Positions 33,998-48,278 of a stretch of DNA of 64,000 nt are shown one piece after another. Position 1 is the stretch's first letter. The number at the start of each line of letters is the position of its first letter. The notes below the pieces were generated by a model. The model made no database searches, had not been told where the DNA came from, and saw nothing but the letters and a program-made list of their open reading frames with translations. Made by a program: the position numbers and the translations under genes. The DNA lies in NCBI RefSeq assembly GCF_009914755.1, contig NC_060932.1, one strand, 5' to 3'. The DNA comes from the human T2T-CHM13v2.0 reference genome, Homo sapiens.

Positions 33998-36900
33998 GAA
34001 GGGAAAATTTTGGTTCATCCCCCTCCAAAGACTGGTAAAATTAGCAAGAATAAATTGAACACTAGGTGAGCGTGGTGTAGTGTATGCCACCTCTGTTCTC
34101 CCAGGAGCCCTACAAGGTATTAGTGATAAATAATTGTTTATTGCAACAAGATGGAGTCAATCACAGTGCAGGCACCTTAAACTATGAGGCTCCATTTTAA
34201 CATCTGTCAGTCATCATCCAAATGGATTGACCAGGAAACAAGATAGATCACTGCAAAAGCCTGCTTTCTGCCCCACTCCCCTTTTGCTTGCTAAAAATGG
34301 AGAAAGTGTTTTGGAGGGCTGTGTGTGTGTGTGTGTGTTGCTGTGGGGGTCAGGCAGCTGCTTTAAAAATTCAGTGCTTTTCCTTCCATTTTGGTGACCA
34401 GAAGGGTGGGAAGCAGAAGTTGGAGACAAGAAGGAATTTCATAAAAACAGCCCATCAAAACAAGTTTTAGGATGGTAGTGGAGGGAGGAGATCACCCAGA
34501 AAAAGACGGTTCCAGGAATTCCCATCTGGAACTTGGTTTATACTTCTTGAATATTCACACTGTTTCTTAACTTCCAGGAAAGTCTCTGCATTAGCAGCCA
34601 ACTCTGGCAAGCACTGTCTAGGGATCCAGGGAGATTTATTGCAAAGAGAGAGATGAGAGATGCCTTGTGTAGCTTTTCAGATGGACCACATCTTCTCATG
34701 TCATCATGCAGGCTCACTCTCCTTCCTGAACCCTTCCCTGAGCCTTTTGCACTCACACCTGGGAAGAAAGGGGATTAGAAGTTCCAGCAAAAACAGCCGC
34801 AAATGATGCGTGTTAAGGCCTCTATCTACCAGACAGGAAGGCGGCAGCATAACTAGTCAGGCCCTTGTGATTCGGGGATTCAGCAAGAGGCACTAAGGCT
34901 CCCAGACAAGAGTCTAAGATCCACTGTTATTTGTGGAACCCTGATCCTGCAGGTTGCTAAGCCATTTTCCCCCGTTCCCCAAACTTTGCAGGAGCTTAAG
35001 GCTTCATCACGCAAAAGGAAAGGATCCCTGCTTTACACTTTGCAGAGTAGGAAATAAATGGCTTAGCTTTCCTTCTAGGATAAAGAAGATTTGGACTTGG
35101 TCAGTCATCTCTAATATAATGGCATGCCTTCCCTGTTCCCTTAACTACACCCACCATGCAGTCCATTCCTGAAAAGGAGATTCTAGGCGTTCCACATCTA
35201 TTGATACAGAAGTCCTGTGCTTTCTCACTTTCTGCTCGCCTAACTCTGTTCTTGGACGTACTGAATTCCTAACCTCTCGGTATTGTCTTCCTTTTCCTAC
35301 CCACTTCTAATCTTTGGACCTTTATTCATGTTTGTTTATTCACTTATTATTGATTTCTACCAACAATATGAGTGCTGTCATGTGTAAATGCTGTGCCAAA
35401 GATGTATGTGATGGAGAACAAAACAAAGAAGGTTCCTGTGCTCTTATGATTTACAGCCTAGCAAGGAGGAAGACAGTCAATAAAGAATTATCCAAGCACT
35501 TACAGCCTTCTGAAGTGGTGAGTGCTGTGAAGGCTAGTGGCTCACTAAATATAAATAGAAAGCCTATTAGTGCCAGGCTGAGGACAAACAGGGAACAAGA
35601 CAGAGCCCCTTCTCCCATCCCTATTTTCATGGAAACAGACCTTTAATCAAACAATCACACTCATGAATGGTACAATCTGAGTATCTAACAGGGGAGCTTA
35701 ACATATGCCTGAGAGTGATTGGGTGACTTCTGGGAGGAAGTGGCACTGAAGCAGAGACCTGCAGGTCAGGTAAGAGGTGATGGAGCCCTGCTAACTCTCT
35801 TGGCTTCTCTGCCATGTACCCACCAGTAGGTGTGACTCCGGGCACCTCTCCACGGATGTGAATTCTGCACCTGCCTTTTGCCTTTATCTGGTCTTGCCAA
35901 TAGACCACACAGACTAGTCCAAATGCTCCCTAGGACTACACCAATGCATGAGCCTACCTGACCAGCATCCCTGGCCCCTGACAGTGGGTATTGACATGTG
36001 GGACTGCCGTGGCTTTGCTTACCACCTAGCGTGGGCCCTGCACACAGTACCACTCACTAAATAGTAATATTGAATATAAAGTAATTAATTTCAGTTTATT
36101 TGATAACTGGCTCCAGTTGTTGATGGGTGGGGCCTCTTCTCAAATTATTCCCACATTCCTTTGCTCTCTAGGAAGAACTTCCTGCCAGCACGCTGCTACC
36201 TGCCTTAGTTATTACTATCCACAAACACAAGGCCAATCATTGTATTGTATTTTAGCTCTGGGGTGGGTGTCTCACTCATTTGGTGAACCTGAACCCCACA
36301 GCAGTCCACTCTTCCTTGGCCTCTGTTGAAGCTGGAGGAACAATAGGGCTCCATTAGTTTGTCTGTAACAGCAGAAAGGACAGGGAGTGAGCAGGTGCAC
36401 AGAAGCATGGCTGCTTACTCAGGGCAGAGCTTGGGTGACAAGTCCTCCTTCCCCCATCACTGTTTATTCTTTTCAGTTCTCACTTGCCTGAAGCATTGGC
36501 TGGGCTCGGTGAGCTAAGAAAAGTATTGAGCCCAGAGGAACACAAAGTTCTTGCTCCAGTTGCCCCAGTGGGTCTCTGAGTAAGCCATTTAATGACCTGT
36601 TGTTCCTCACTGTGAAAGAAGAGTCATAGGACAACCTTTAAACTGGCCTCCCTGGGAGGTGGAGGGGAATCCTCATTAAGGTAATTTGAAAGTATTTAGC
36701 AAAGATGAAGTTCAGGGTCAGTGCTCAGTGTGGTTCCTAATAAAACCCTCGGTACTTTCAGAAAGAGCAATGCTGAGGGAGGTCCACGTGCCGAGAGAAC
36801 AGGCACAAAAGAGGACCAGGAAGGGGCAGGGCCTGCCACAGGAGCCGGCCACATGTGCCCAGCCTTTTCTTACATTTCAGAGATTTCATGGCAGTGTTCC

Positions 36901-37344
36901 TGCAATGGGAACAGGCTGAAAAATCTGATCATGCTCAAGTAGTCACCCAGTTCTCATCTTGGGCTTTATTGTGGGACTGTAATTGGTGTCCCTGGCCAGA
37001 AGGTAGGTGTCCTCTTTGATTTTAACAACTACTTCCTCTGATGGCCTTCTTTGGCCCCAATTCTTGAGTGAGTATTTTCTTCCTTTTGGACATAAAATCT
37101 GTGATAACTTGGGAACATCCGGGAAACCACCCCAGCTGCTTGGGTGTGAGCTTCAGGAAGAAGAGTTGCATTAAATTGTCTACATGATATAGCCACATTT
37201 TAGAATTAAAATAGAGAAAATTAGGGGGAAACATACATGGTCCCATTAACCTAACACATTATTATTATTACCACTTTGGTGTATTTTTCCCATCTTATTC
37301 CCAAATGTGTTTTGGGTTTTTTTGTTGTTGTTTTTTTGTTTTTT

Positions 37345-37643
37345 AAGATATGGGCTCCCACTGTGTTGCCCAGGCTGGAGTGCAGTGGCTATTCCAGGTG
37401 CGATTGCATGACTGCTCAGCACGGGAGTTTTGACCTGCTCCGTTTCCAACCTGGACTGGTTCACCCCTCCTTAGACAATCTGGTGGTCCCTTGATGCTGG
37501 GAGGTCACCATATTGATGCCATGATTAATGCAGACACCAGGTAGACATAGCTCACGACAGTCCAGAGCACCTAGGCTCAAGCGCCCCTCTTGCTTCAGCC
37601 TCCTGAGTAGCTGGGACTACAGGTGCACACCACCAAACTCAGT
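37345..37643 (-). pseudogene. Full-length 7SL (SRP) RNA retropseudogene (RN7SL-type)
   Basis: Alu-domain ends plus the S-domain absent from Alus (plus-strand text ggaggtcaccatattgatgcc, ggttcacccctccttag, gggagttttgacctgctccgtttcc). It is ~300 nt, with a T-rich tail at 37310-37344 and CCAAATG on both flanks. Confidence 0.92.
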
Positions 37644-37650
37644 CCAAATG

Positions 37651-37913
<263 letters not shown>

Positions 37914-39031
37914 CAAATGCATTTTTTTTACAGTGCTATCATAATGGGCATTAAAATCAGTGTTCTGTTTTACTTTATGTTTCTATCTAGTCATCATAGA
38001 ATCTATTTGAAGTCTAGATATTATTTATTGAAAAATAGATTGGATTTATCTTAATTGTTCCTTAGATTTTGCATTTTCTTGCATCCAGTCTTTCACTAGT
38101 GGACTGGCACTGGACAGATCAGTGTTGTATGAGATCCATGGTATAGTTCTAGGAAAGGGCCTGAGTCACGTGGCAGGGTAGCTCTCTCTGCTGAAGCTGG
38201 CTCGTATCAAGGGTGTCTTCTTGGGCCTGAAGCTAATTGCATGTCAGTCAGGCAATGCTCCATATCATAGATAAGATTCTGGTTGCAAAAATCAGTATCT
38301 CAGTAGAGTTAAATTTACCAAGAAAGGGATGTTTGTAGTAAAGACAAAGAGGTATTTGATGGCATAGAAGAGGGTCTCCAGGCAGGCCTCAGGGAGGGCC
38401 TGGACTTGCAAAGCCATCAGAAGCCTGTCCCATTTCTCCTCTGTACACACATCTGCTTCATGCTCTCTCTATATATATAGTTATATGTATATACCTAGTA
38501 TCTTCTGGAGGCCAACCCTGTTACTACTATGAATGATGTATCCCTCCCCCTGTCCAAGACCAGCCCCTCCAACTGTGCCCTGCATCCTATTCCTTCTCAC
38601 CTTCTCAAGGACATGACTCCTGAAACTCTCCCCTCCCTCTCTTGCATCTCAATTTCCTCCATCATTCATGTCATTTTGCTTGTCGGCAAACACGTTCTAG
38701 TATCTTCCAACTTAAAGCAAATAACAAACTACCCTTAGCCCCATGCCCCTCTCCATTTAACATCCAATCTCTCTGCTCCTCTTGACTGACCTCAAAAATC
38801 TCAAGAGAATTGTCTGTACTGCTGTCTTCATTTCCCTATCCTTCCTTCTCTTCTCAGTCTTTCTAGTTGGATTTGCATCCTTCCAGTTCCACTAAAATTT
38901 CTCTGGTTAAGATCACGATGACCTACATCTGCCACGTCTGTATCCTCCTCTAACCCAGCCTTTCAGAAATATCCCATATGGCTGGCTCTTCCTTTCCTGA
39001 AACATTCTCTTCTCTTGGACTTGAGGATACC

Positions 39032-39470
39032 GTGTATACTAGATGCTCTGGTGTGCTACCGAGATCCCTGCTGCAGGACCAAGGAACTTGTTGCTCTGGC
39101 TGCCAGCTTTGTTGGTGACTGACAGCTCAGGGCTAAGTCTATCTCCAGGAATTGCCCTCAGATGGAGGAAGCTGACTTGACTAAACTTACTCCCCTGTTG
39201 CAAGAATAGCCTGCACCTAAGGACTGGTTGATACCGAGGTATGAGTTCCAGCTCCCCCATCTCAGTTTGGGACAATTCTAAAGGATCATGCCAGTTCCAG
39301 AGCTGCCCTTTGGATGGGCTGAGGCTCCACTGTAATGGGATCACATTTCAAGCCTCTCTCTGTCCCATCCTGCTCCCCTTACTTCCTTATAGGTGCTGTT
39401 CCTGTGGCTTTCCCAAATCTCTCTCTCTCTCTGTCTCTCAAACTTTGTTCCCAGGGACCTGCCCTAATAT
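39032..39470 (+). mobile_element. ERVL solo LTR (LTR16A-like) inserted in an L2 (~38500-39030)
   Basis: gatgctctggtgtgctaccgagatccc...tgacagctcagggctaagtc...ccaggaattgccctcag. Confidence 0.65.
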
Positions 39471-39584
39471 ACCGAAGTCTCCTGGTTTTCTTACAATCTC
39501 ATTTTCTGTTGCCTGAATGTCTCATAAGTTCATTTAACTGATTATTTTTTCTGTCTCAACAACTTTAAAATACCTCTTAAATTT

Positions 39585-40050
39585 TTTATTTGACTTTATA
39601 TTTTGACCAGCTTAGGTTCATAGAAAAATTGAGCAGAAGGTACAGAGATACCCCGTCTACCCCTGCAGCCACACATGCTCAGCATCTCCCAATGTCAATA
39701 TTCCTCACCAAGTGGTACATTTGTTGCAATCAATGAACCCGCATTGGCACATCATTATCACCCAGAGTCCCTAGTTTACATTAAGGCTTACTGTTGATGG
39801 GCAATCTCTGGGTTTGGGCAAAGGTACTATGGCATGTATCCACCATTACAGTATCATAAAAAGTATTTTCACTGCCCTAAAAATCCTCTGCACTCTGCCT
39901 ATTCATCCCTCCCTCCCCTAACCTTTAGCAACCACTGTGACCTTCTCCAGACTGTTATACTATTGAAATTGTACAGTATATAGCTGTACAATTTCACATT
40001 GTCTTCTTTCCCTTAGTAATATGCATTTAAATTTCCTTCATGTCTTTTCA
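39585..40050 (-). mobile_element. L1MA/MB 3' end
   Basis: ttaggttcatagaaaaattgagcagaaggtacagaga, acatcattatcacccagagtcc, ttcactgccctaaaaatcctctg. Confidence 0.85.
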
Positions 40051-42508
40051 TGAAAATACATTTTTCTTTCTCCCCCTCACTCCTTCTGTTCTCCACCTTC
40101 TTTTCTTTGTTTGTATTATCTGGCTGTTACACAGGTGCTAAATAGAGAGCTGATAAGATAGTGGTCCCACTCCCTAATGGTTTTTTTTAGTAACAACTAC
40201 ACTTGCCAATGACTGTGTTCAAGTTTTCTGAAATCTAAGGGAGAAGGAAATTACAGAATGGATTTTATCCACTGGGTCAAGTGAAATTAATGCAGCAGCA
40301 ACTGACTCATTTATTCTTCCATAATTAAGTAAATAGAATTTACCCATGGGTGCAAGTCTGAAGACTTGATACACCAATCAAACCAGTAATTGTGAAATTA
40401 TGTATGTACTTTGCTACTATTTTGTTGTAAGTACATTTCATTCTTTCTCTTGATTCAACTCAAAAATAAAGAAATAAAAGACCAAATGTTTGGATTTGCC
40501 ACAGCTGTAAACTTCTCACTGCGGAAGGGGGTAGTAGAGCATTTTTTCACAAAGAGCTTCATCACCTGAGACATCAAGAAGAAACTGGATTCCTAGACAA
40601 TTGCATCCAAATGAGATTACCTAGATAATCAGAAATTACATAATGTACATTTTGTATCCTGTTGCATATTAAATGTACATATACAACCAATGTTGGTCTC
40701 TTAGTTTGACAAACATACCGTGGATAGGTAAGATGCTAACATTAGGAGAAGCTGGATGAAGAGTATAGGAGACCTCCATGCATTATCTTTGTGACTTCTC
40801 TGCAAATCTAAAATTGAGAGTTTAAATAATACAGTTTCATAGGTAAGCTCAATTTGATTCGTCAGCTGTTGAGAGAACGTACCTCAGTGTTGTTGAAATT
40901 GGGTGTTTGGTGACTCCAGCCCTTCAGAGGTTAATGGTGAACACTGAAGTCAGAGAAAAGGTCTTTGAGCAGTTAATAGCTTTTGTAAACTTCTCATATA
41001 TAAGGCAGAACTATCTTCAGGCCTGCTGGCAGCAGGTGTGCATGAAAATACTGAAAAACTGGAAACTGCTGAGAAACATGGACTACAGCAAGCAGGAAAG
41101 GAAACTACGAAAGGAGGCTACCAAAAAGTGCACAGCTGTTTGGGGGACATTTGGTATAGCGGAGAACGATTCTATACACTTTAAGAAGTGAGGCTGAATT
41201 GTAACACATATCTCAATGGAGGGCATTCATAATGATGTTCTTGGATGACAAAGAAAGGTTCAAGCTATTTTTGGCTTAAGCAGGAAATACTGCTTAAAAT
41301 TTCTGCTCTTTTCTGCTCGGACACCTTCAGAAATGCAATGCAGATGGGAGAGAATGGGCTTTGCAGTTGACATCCCAGCCCATCTGACCTTGGGCAAATT
41401 CCTTAGTCTTTTGAGTCTTAGTCTCTCCATCTATTAAATAAAAATAATGATACATATCCTGTAAAGATTGCTGTGAAGATGCCATATTAGAATCTTTATA
41501 AAACAGCTAGCAAAAGCCTGGCACTCAGCAGGTGTGAAAGGTTCAGGGAGATAAAAAATGCACTATCTGAGATTAAGTCCAGCTGCTCAGATCACCTCTC
41601 TGGCTGCAGCACTTTAAGCCCCCCTCTGCATTCTGTCTCTGAGGACAGGATGGATCTATGTGGGTCAGGTCAATGACATTGACAGGTCACAGTGATCAGG
41701 ATGAAAATTATCTGGTGAAAAGCCAATAGGTTATTAAAAGCTCTGGCATCTTTGTGGTCCTGCCTTTTAGGCTTGACTTTGTGTCATCTTCCCTCTGCCT
41801 CCTTTCTCCCTCCTGGAGACCCCATGAGGCTAGTAGAGTAGACAGGTCTGGGGCCCCCACTGGCCTCCAGCTCCAAGAAGGTTGCTCAGGCCAGCTCTGC
41901 TCTGAACCTTCAAGAGAAGCACTTTTTCAGTAGACAGAGTTTTCTTTTGAGTAATCTTTCCTGATTTTTCTTACCATAAAAGTAATAACCTCTAGAGGGC
42001 CAAGATCAGAGGTAAGGAAGCTATTAGCCTGGTCTCAACCTAGGCCCACTGGGCCTGCCTATTCTGGAAAAGAGATTCTTCTGCTCCATGAGGTCCATCC
42101 TCATCCAGGGCCAAAGGTCCCAGCTGGTCATCTGCACAGCTCCCAGAATCCTCAGTGTAGGCAGCTAGTGGAGGGTTCTCTCATGACTAAGGGTCCTTTA
42201 GGCCCCTCCTACCTGCAGTCATTACTTGACTCCCTAGAGGGTAATCTTTTACCTGCTCTGGCTTTTACGACCAGTCCATATCCCTGGTCTGGGCTGAGCC
42301 CTGGCTTCTCAGTGTCCCCATCCCCATACTGTCCTCTAAGCCATGCCTCCAAGGACCTGATATTGGCCTATTGCTTTGTGTCTGTTTCAGTTCCCTGGTG
42401 AGAAAAGCATACCCTACATCATAGAAAAGTCTCTGTTCAAAAGGACTCAAAGACAAGAAATGATGCTCAAACAAGAAGGTACCAGGTATCATTAAAAATC
42501 ATAAGTAT

Positions 42509-42818
<310 letters not shown>

Positions 42819-44999
42819 TCATGTGAATCAAGACATAAATGATGACAGTAGTCACGCATATTTTTTCTGACTGTCCTTGCATGAGTTGGAGATTTAGAAA
42901 ACAGAACTTTTTGAATTTGGCCTGTTTTCCTTGAAAGTGCCCATCTCATTCTAGCTCTTGCCTGGCTATTGATTTCCTGAGGCCCTGCTCATATGTCCCC
43001 ACCTGCCTCATCCTGGGACTTAGATCTGAGGAGATCAGCCACTTCCCCACACACTTAAAACCAATTTGCGGCTGCCGGGCCCTCATTTGTGATCACAAAT
43101 GTACTGTGTCCTTTCAAGTCTAAAAATAGGGTAATAATAACCCATAAGATTTTGTTGATAGCCAGTGTCCTGGTTTGAACTACTTATAAAACAGAAGGCA
43201 ACATCCAAACAAACTGAGCCATGAAGTTGTGGGTCTCATCTCCTAAGGAACTGGTGACATTCAGCTCATCTCCTTTCTTGGAAGGAGGGACAGGTTCCCT
43301 CACGTCCTCCCCTCTCCCCTGTCAGTTCTCTTCCCATAGTTTAGTGGCTTCCTTACTCCTGACAGCCCCTTTCATTTGCCCCTTTCCTATCAGGTTCACC
43401 CTTCATGGTGTGACCTGTCCTCCCCTCCAAACGGTTGTTGAGCACTTTGGCCCCCAAGGGTACTCTTGCCAACATCCCAACATCTACCTCGCATTAATCA
43501 GAACCAGACTAGGCATGGTAACTAGTCCGGAAGGGGAGAGTGAATAGACATTTTTTTTTCATTTTCTCTTGAGGCCTAGTGTGGATAAATGATGCAGGAA
43601 GATGAGAATTCTGTCTCAGCCAAGCAGTGGGCAATTGTCAGTGCACATCGGAAAGGTGAACCCAATGAAAGGCTTTGGGACATCAAGCCCCACAAGCGAA
43701 ATATGAACCTATAGGAGAAACTAACTAGAAACATGAAGAAATCACTGTGTACAGTTCAGATGCTAAAAAATAGGGCAAACCAAGGGGAGAACACATTTGT
43801 CTTCAGCATTCCTTTCTTCACCTTCCTCCATGCCTTCTTTACCAGGGCTCGAGCCCCTGCTTGGCTCTATTCCACTTGCCTGAAAGCTGGTCCCATAAGC
43901 TCGTTCTCACTATGGGAATAGAGAACCCCAAACATTTGGTAGTGCTTGAATCAGAGGAATGATTAATGGAGAATTGAAAAGATCCTTAGTGTTTATTTAT
44001 TTAAATTGAACATGGCCCAGGGAGATGGAGAGTGGGACTTAGTTACTGCAGGCTGACTGCTGTTGGTTTATTCTGTGTACCTAGTTGGCCCAAAGAAAGG
44101 GGGCAGCCTAGACACTTGCAGAGACATTCTGGGCTGCCAAATCATGAGGGTGAGACTCTCTGAATCCTTAACCATCTTCTTTTCATCTTCAGATGCTTAG
44201 ATGCCTGAATAAAGGCAAGGTTCGACATGGTGGAGATACCATCATGGCTAAGACTCTTCTCTGTCCTTGAGGATCTCATGGTCGAGCAGGAAGCAGACAG
44301 AGAGGTTCATTTTCTATGAATGGTTCAGCAGGACTAGCTCAAGATAGGACAATCATGGGAAGAATAGAAAGGGAGACAACCAGATGGAAAAGGACTATCG
44401 GAGGGTCCTCTTCTCCAAGTTATCCTGAGCCTGGCTCAAGAAGTCGTAAGTCCTGCCCATCTGAGCCTCCAGAGCTCCACCCAGGTGGGAGGATGGAATA
44501 GGGCAGAAACCCAGCTGGTCCCCTTCACCTTTCTTGGGGAAGCATTCTTTTGGGAACGTCACCTTCCCTTCCCACAAGTCCCCCCTGCCTTTTCAGTACA
44601 TAATCCTTAGGCTTCCTGGCCCTAAGGCCTGCTGTGATTCTGTTGAAGGCCAATTGACCCTCTCCTCGACACTTGAACTAGAATTCTTTAGGGAGACACC
44701 AGGGCATTTTATCAGAATGTTCTATACAAAGGCTGAGCAACAACTGTGTTTGGGTAACATTACCAGGCTGTCAGCACCAGCCAAATGCTTGGTCTATGGT
44801 GGCCAGAATTTGGAAGATGGATAAATCCATCATGCCTCCCTCCTTTGTCTACATTGGCCTCTGGACAAAATGCAAGATCCTGCAGTTCCTTGAACTGTTA
44901 TCCTACAAATACTCCATGCTTTCTTCTTGATTCTTCCTTTCACTATCACTACTGACCTTCCTTTCATGTGCCTTTGGAAACATTTATTTATGGGGATCA

Positions 45000-46775
45000 A
45001 ACTCTTCTGCATCCGCTACTTGATTTGCACAAAACTTCCTCTCCTTTCTTAGCTAAAACCTGGCTCTCTCCCAGGGACTACTTTTTGCTGTCCATTTAGG
45101 GGAAGATGGCTCCTCTGCCTCCCCCATTTGCTGCCTCAACACTCTCAAGCAAACCCCTCCTCCTTTCAGACTTGTGGCATTTGATCTGGCTCTCTGGGAC
45201 TCATTGAGGTCATCTGTAGATTATCCACTCATTTCCTTCCAGTCATTGAGGACTTTGTCTTCTGGCTCACACTTTTCCTTTCCCCCTAAATTCTACCATC
45301 ATCACAGGGAACTGCCACATCACATGTCTAAATAGCTTTGTAGACAACCCATTCAGCATCCTAGCATCCAGGTTTCCGACGTCCTCAGTCCCAGCAGTCT
45401 TTCCCGTACAGTTTTAGTAGCCTGCCTTCAGGACACACTGGAGAACTTCCATCCCTCTTCCCTCCTTCACTCCTTCCCTCTTCCCTCTCATCTCCCTCTC
45501 TCCCTCCTTTCTTTCCTTTCTTCCTGCCTTCCCAGATTTATTGAAAGTCTCTGCTGAGCACTGTGATCAGCATAAAACTCCAACAGCAGGAGACAAAAAG
45601 GCAAACTCATAGGTGTATCCAAGTGTTCTTGGTCTGGGATAGTAGCCCCTCAGTTGTTCTTCCTCATCTGTGTGGAGCCAGAGTGCCCACCCAAGTTCTA
45701 GCGTTCTTGTCCTCCCCTGCCCTCTCTATTATACTCACTTCCTGGTGCTATTATCTGGTCTGAAGGCTTTACGTATCACCTTATACTAACACCTCCCAAA
45801 TTTGCATTTCCAGCCTGAACCTGTTCCCTAAGCTCCAGTCTTGTATGTACAATGGATGGCTTGACATCACCACATAACATATCTCAAAACAAATTCTTCA
45901 TTCTCAACTTTCCCGTTTACCTCCCCATACCTCCAATGTGCTCCTCCTCCAGGTTTCAGCTCAGTAAAATGGCAACTCCCTCCTTCCAAGCTCAGGAGAG
46001 AACCTTGGGGTCATCCCTGTCTCCAATCCTTCTCTCACATCCACTTTCAATCCATCAGAAATCATGTCGATTCTACCTCCAAGATACATGCTGAATCTGA
46101 CCACTTCTTTCCTTAGATTTACCACCTCCACCTTGCCCAAGTCACCTGCATCTCTCACTTGGATGTTTGCAGATGCCCCCTGACTGCTCTATGGCACCCA
46201 TACTTGCCCTTCTGCAGTCTATTCTCAACACAGCAGTCAGAGGGATCCTGCTATGACCTGAGTCAGGTCCTCTCATTTTACTACAAATGCTCCCATGGTT
46301 TCCTGTCTCACTTGCTGCGGTGGCCTTCAGGTCATGATCAGCCCAACCCAACCTCACTGCCTTACTTCCTGCTGCTGCCTCCTCATGGCCTCACCAAGCA
46401 TACTCCTGCCTCACAGCCTTTGCCCTTGCTCTTCTCTTGGGATAGGACACGCTTCCATCAGAAATTTACTCAGCTCCTCTTTCCATTCCTTCATGCTTTT
46501 ACTCCAGCGTTGCCTTAGCAGGAAGGTCTGCCTTCATCACCTGATGAGACCAAACAACCAGCTGAGCCCACCTCCCAAAATGTCTCCTGCTTTATTGCTC
46601 TCCTTACCACCTATTGTTGTCTAAAATATGCACTTATTGGCTTGGTTTTGGTCTCATCCACTAGAATGCTAGCTCGATGAAGTCAGAGGCCATGTCCCCT
46701 TGATTTACAGCTGCACCTCCAGGGCCACGGACAGCAGGCACTCAGGGGATGTTTTTGAATGGCTCAGTGGATAGA
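45000..46775 (+). mobile_element. Long decayed L2 element (fragmented)
   Basis: L2 3' text (ctcccaaatttgcatttccagcc, cagcagtcagagggatc, cactagaatgctagctcgatgaag) and a CT-rich body. Confidence 0.7.
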
Positions 46776-47960
46776 AGTTAATTGGGGCACTGTAAGGAAT
46801 CGTGAGGTGCAGTGGTCATCTAGATCTAAAATTCTCATTTTCAAGCCTTCCTTATCCATGGAATCCTTCATTTAAGTGAAACCAAAGAGTTGAAGGGGCA
46901 GAGGACAGTTGGGGAATCTGGAAGCCCATTCATTGGTTTCCCCTTTCATTTTGCAAGGAAGTCCCCAACATACCTTGGCTGAACCTGTAGGGTCTGAGGA
47001 GCACAATTTGAAGACCAGTGATCTAGGAGATAATATTGTGAGTTTATAGTGGTTTAGAGACTGTTTGTCCTTTGGCTATGATTTTAGACACATTATATGT
47101 GTTCTTTTACGACGTTCTCTAATTAAATACCTTTATCTCAAAAGAAGTTCACCCTCCTTCTGAGGAAATAGAATTTATTTTGTAACAGTCAACTTTATGA
47201 TGTAGTTTTCTGGAACACAATGTAGTAAAAAGCAGGGACTTTTTTTGGCAAGGCATCATTAACAAGGATCAAGGAGAAATGCTTACATTTGACTTTTTGG
47301 TAATCGGTGAAGAATAAAAGAACTAGATATTCATTTTCCAACAAACATTTATGAGAGACTCTCTTGTGCCAGGTACCTGTGGGTGCTGGAGATTCCACTG
47401 AGAACAAGGATGGGAGTCATTGTTCCACGAAGCTTACATTTCAGAGGGCCAAGAAGATAGAAGACACTATATGAATACATGAATTATTTATTTTCAAATA
47501 CTATTGTATTCTGTAAAGAAAGTAAATGAAGACTACGTCATAAAGACTGACTTTGGATTTGTCAAATAACCATAGACTTATTCACTGTTCATTGTCATAG
47601 AATGACATTGAACTTATTCCAGCTAATTTCCAGATCTCAAGGCTGAATAGTAAAATCCAGTGTTCGGGATGATTGTCTAGAGAAGCTGAAATATTACATT
47701 ATATTCCCTATCCTCATTTTTGAGAAAGAAGGGAGTAAAAATAGGCAGGAGAGAGGAAAAAAGGAGGAAGGGAAAGATTAAGAAACTATGTTCTAGAAAA
47801 ACATTTTACAGGGTAGAGAAAATCTCATCAACCAAAGCATGCCCCTACTAAAGAATTCCAGCTAGTCAAAAATTCACTGTCCATATTAAAGCTGTGTCTT
47901 ATTGCTTTGACTATTTAGCTAGAAAAACTAGGAAATAGTGTTTATATTTAGAGTCTTTAC

Positions 47961-48278
47961 TTTTTTTTTTTTTTTTTTTTGAGACAGGGTCTTGCTCTGC
48001 TACCCAGGCTGGTGTGTGGTGGTAAGATCATAGCTCACTAGAACCTCGAACCCCTGGGCTCAAATCAGTTCAGCCTCAAATCCTTCCACTTCAGCCTCCC
48101 AAGTAGTTGGAATTACAGGTATGACCCACCATGCCTGGCTAATTTTTAAAACATTTTTTGTAGCAACGAAGTCTTGCTATGTTGCCCAGGCTGGTCCTGA
48201 AATCCTGGTCTCAAACATTCATTCCACCTGGGGCCTCCCAAAGTGCTGGGATTACAGATGTGAGCCACTGTGCCCAGC
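47961..48278 (-). mobile_element. AluJ-like
   Basis: Diverged antisense Alu. Confidence 0.85.

Noticed and set aside
40907-41191. 94-aa ORF with protein-like composition
   Set aside because: Non-ATG start, no family recognised, no supporting splice or poly(A) structure.
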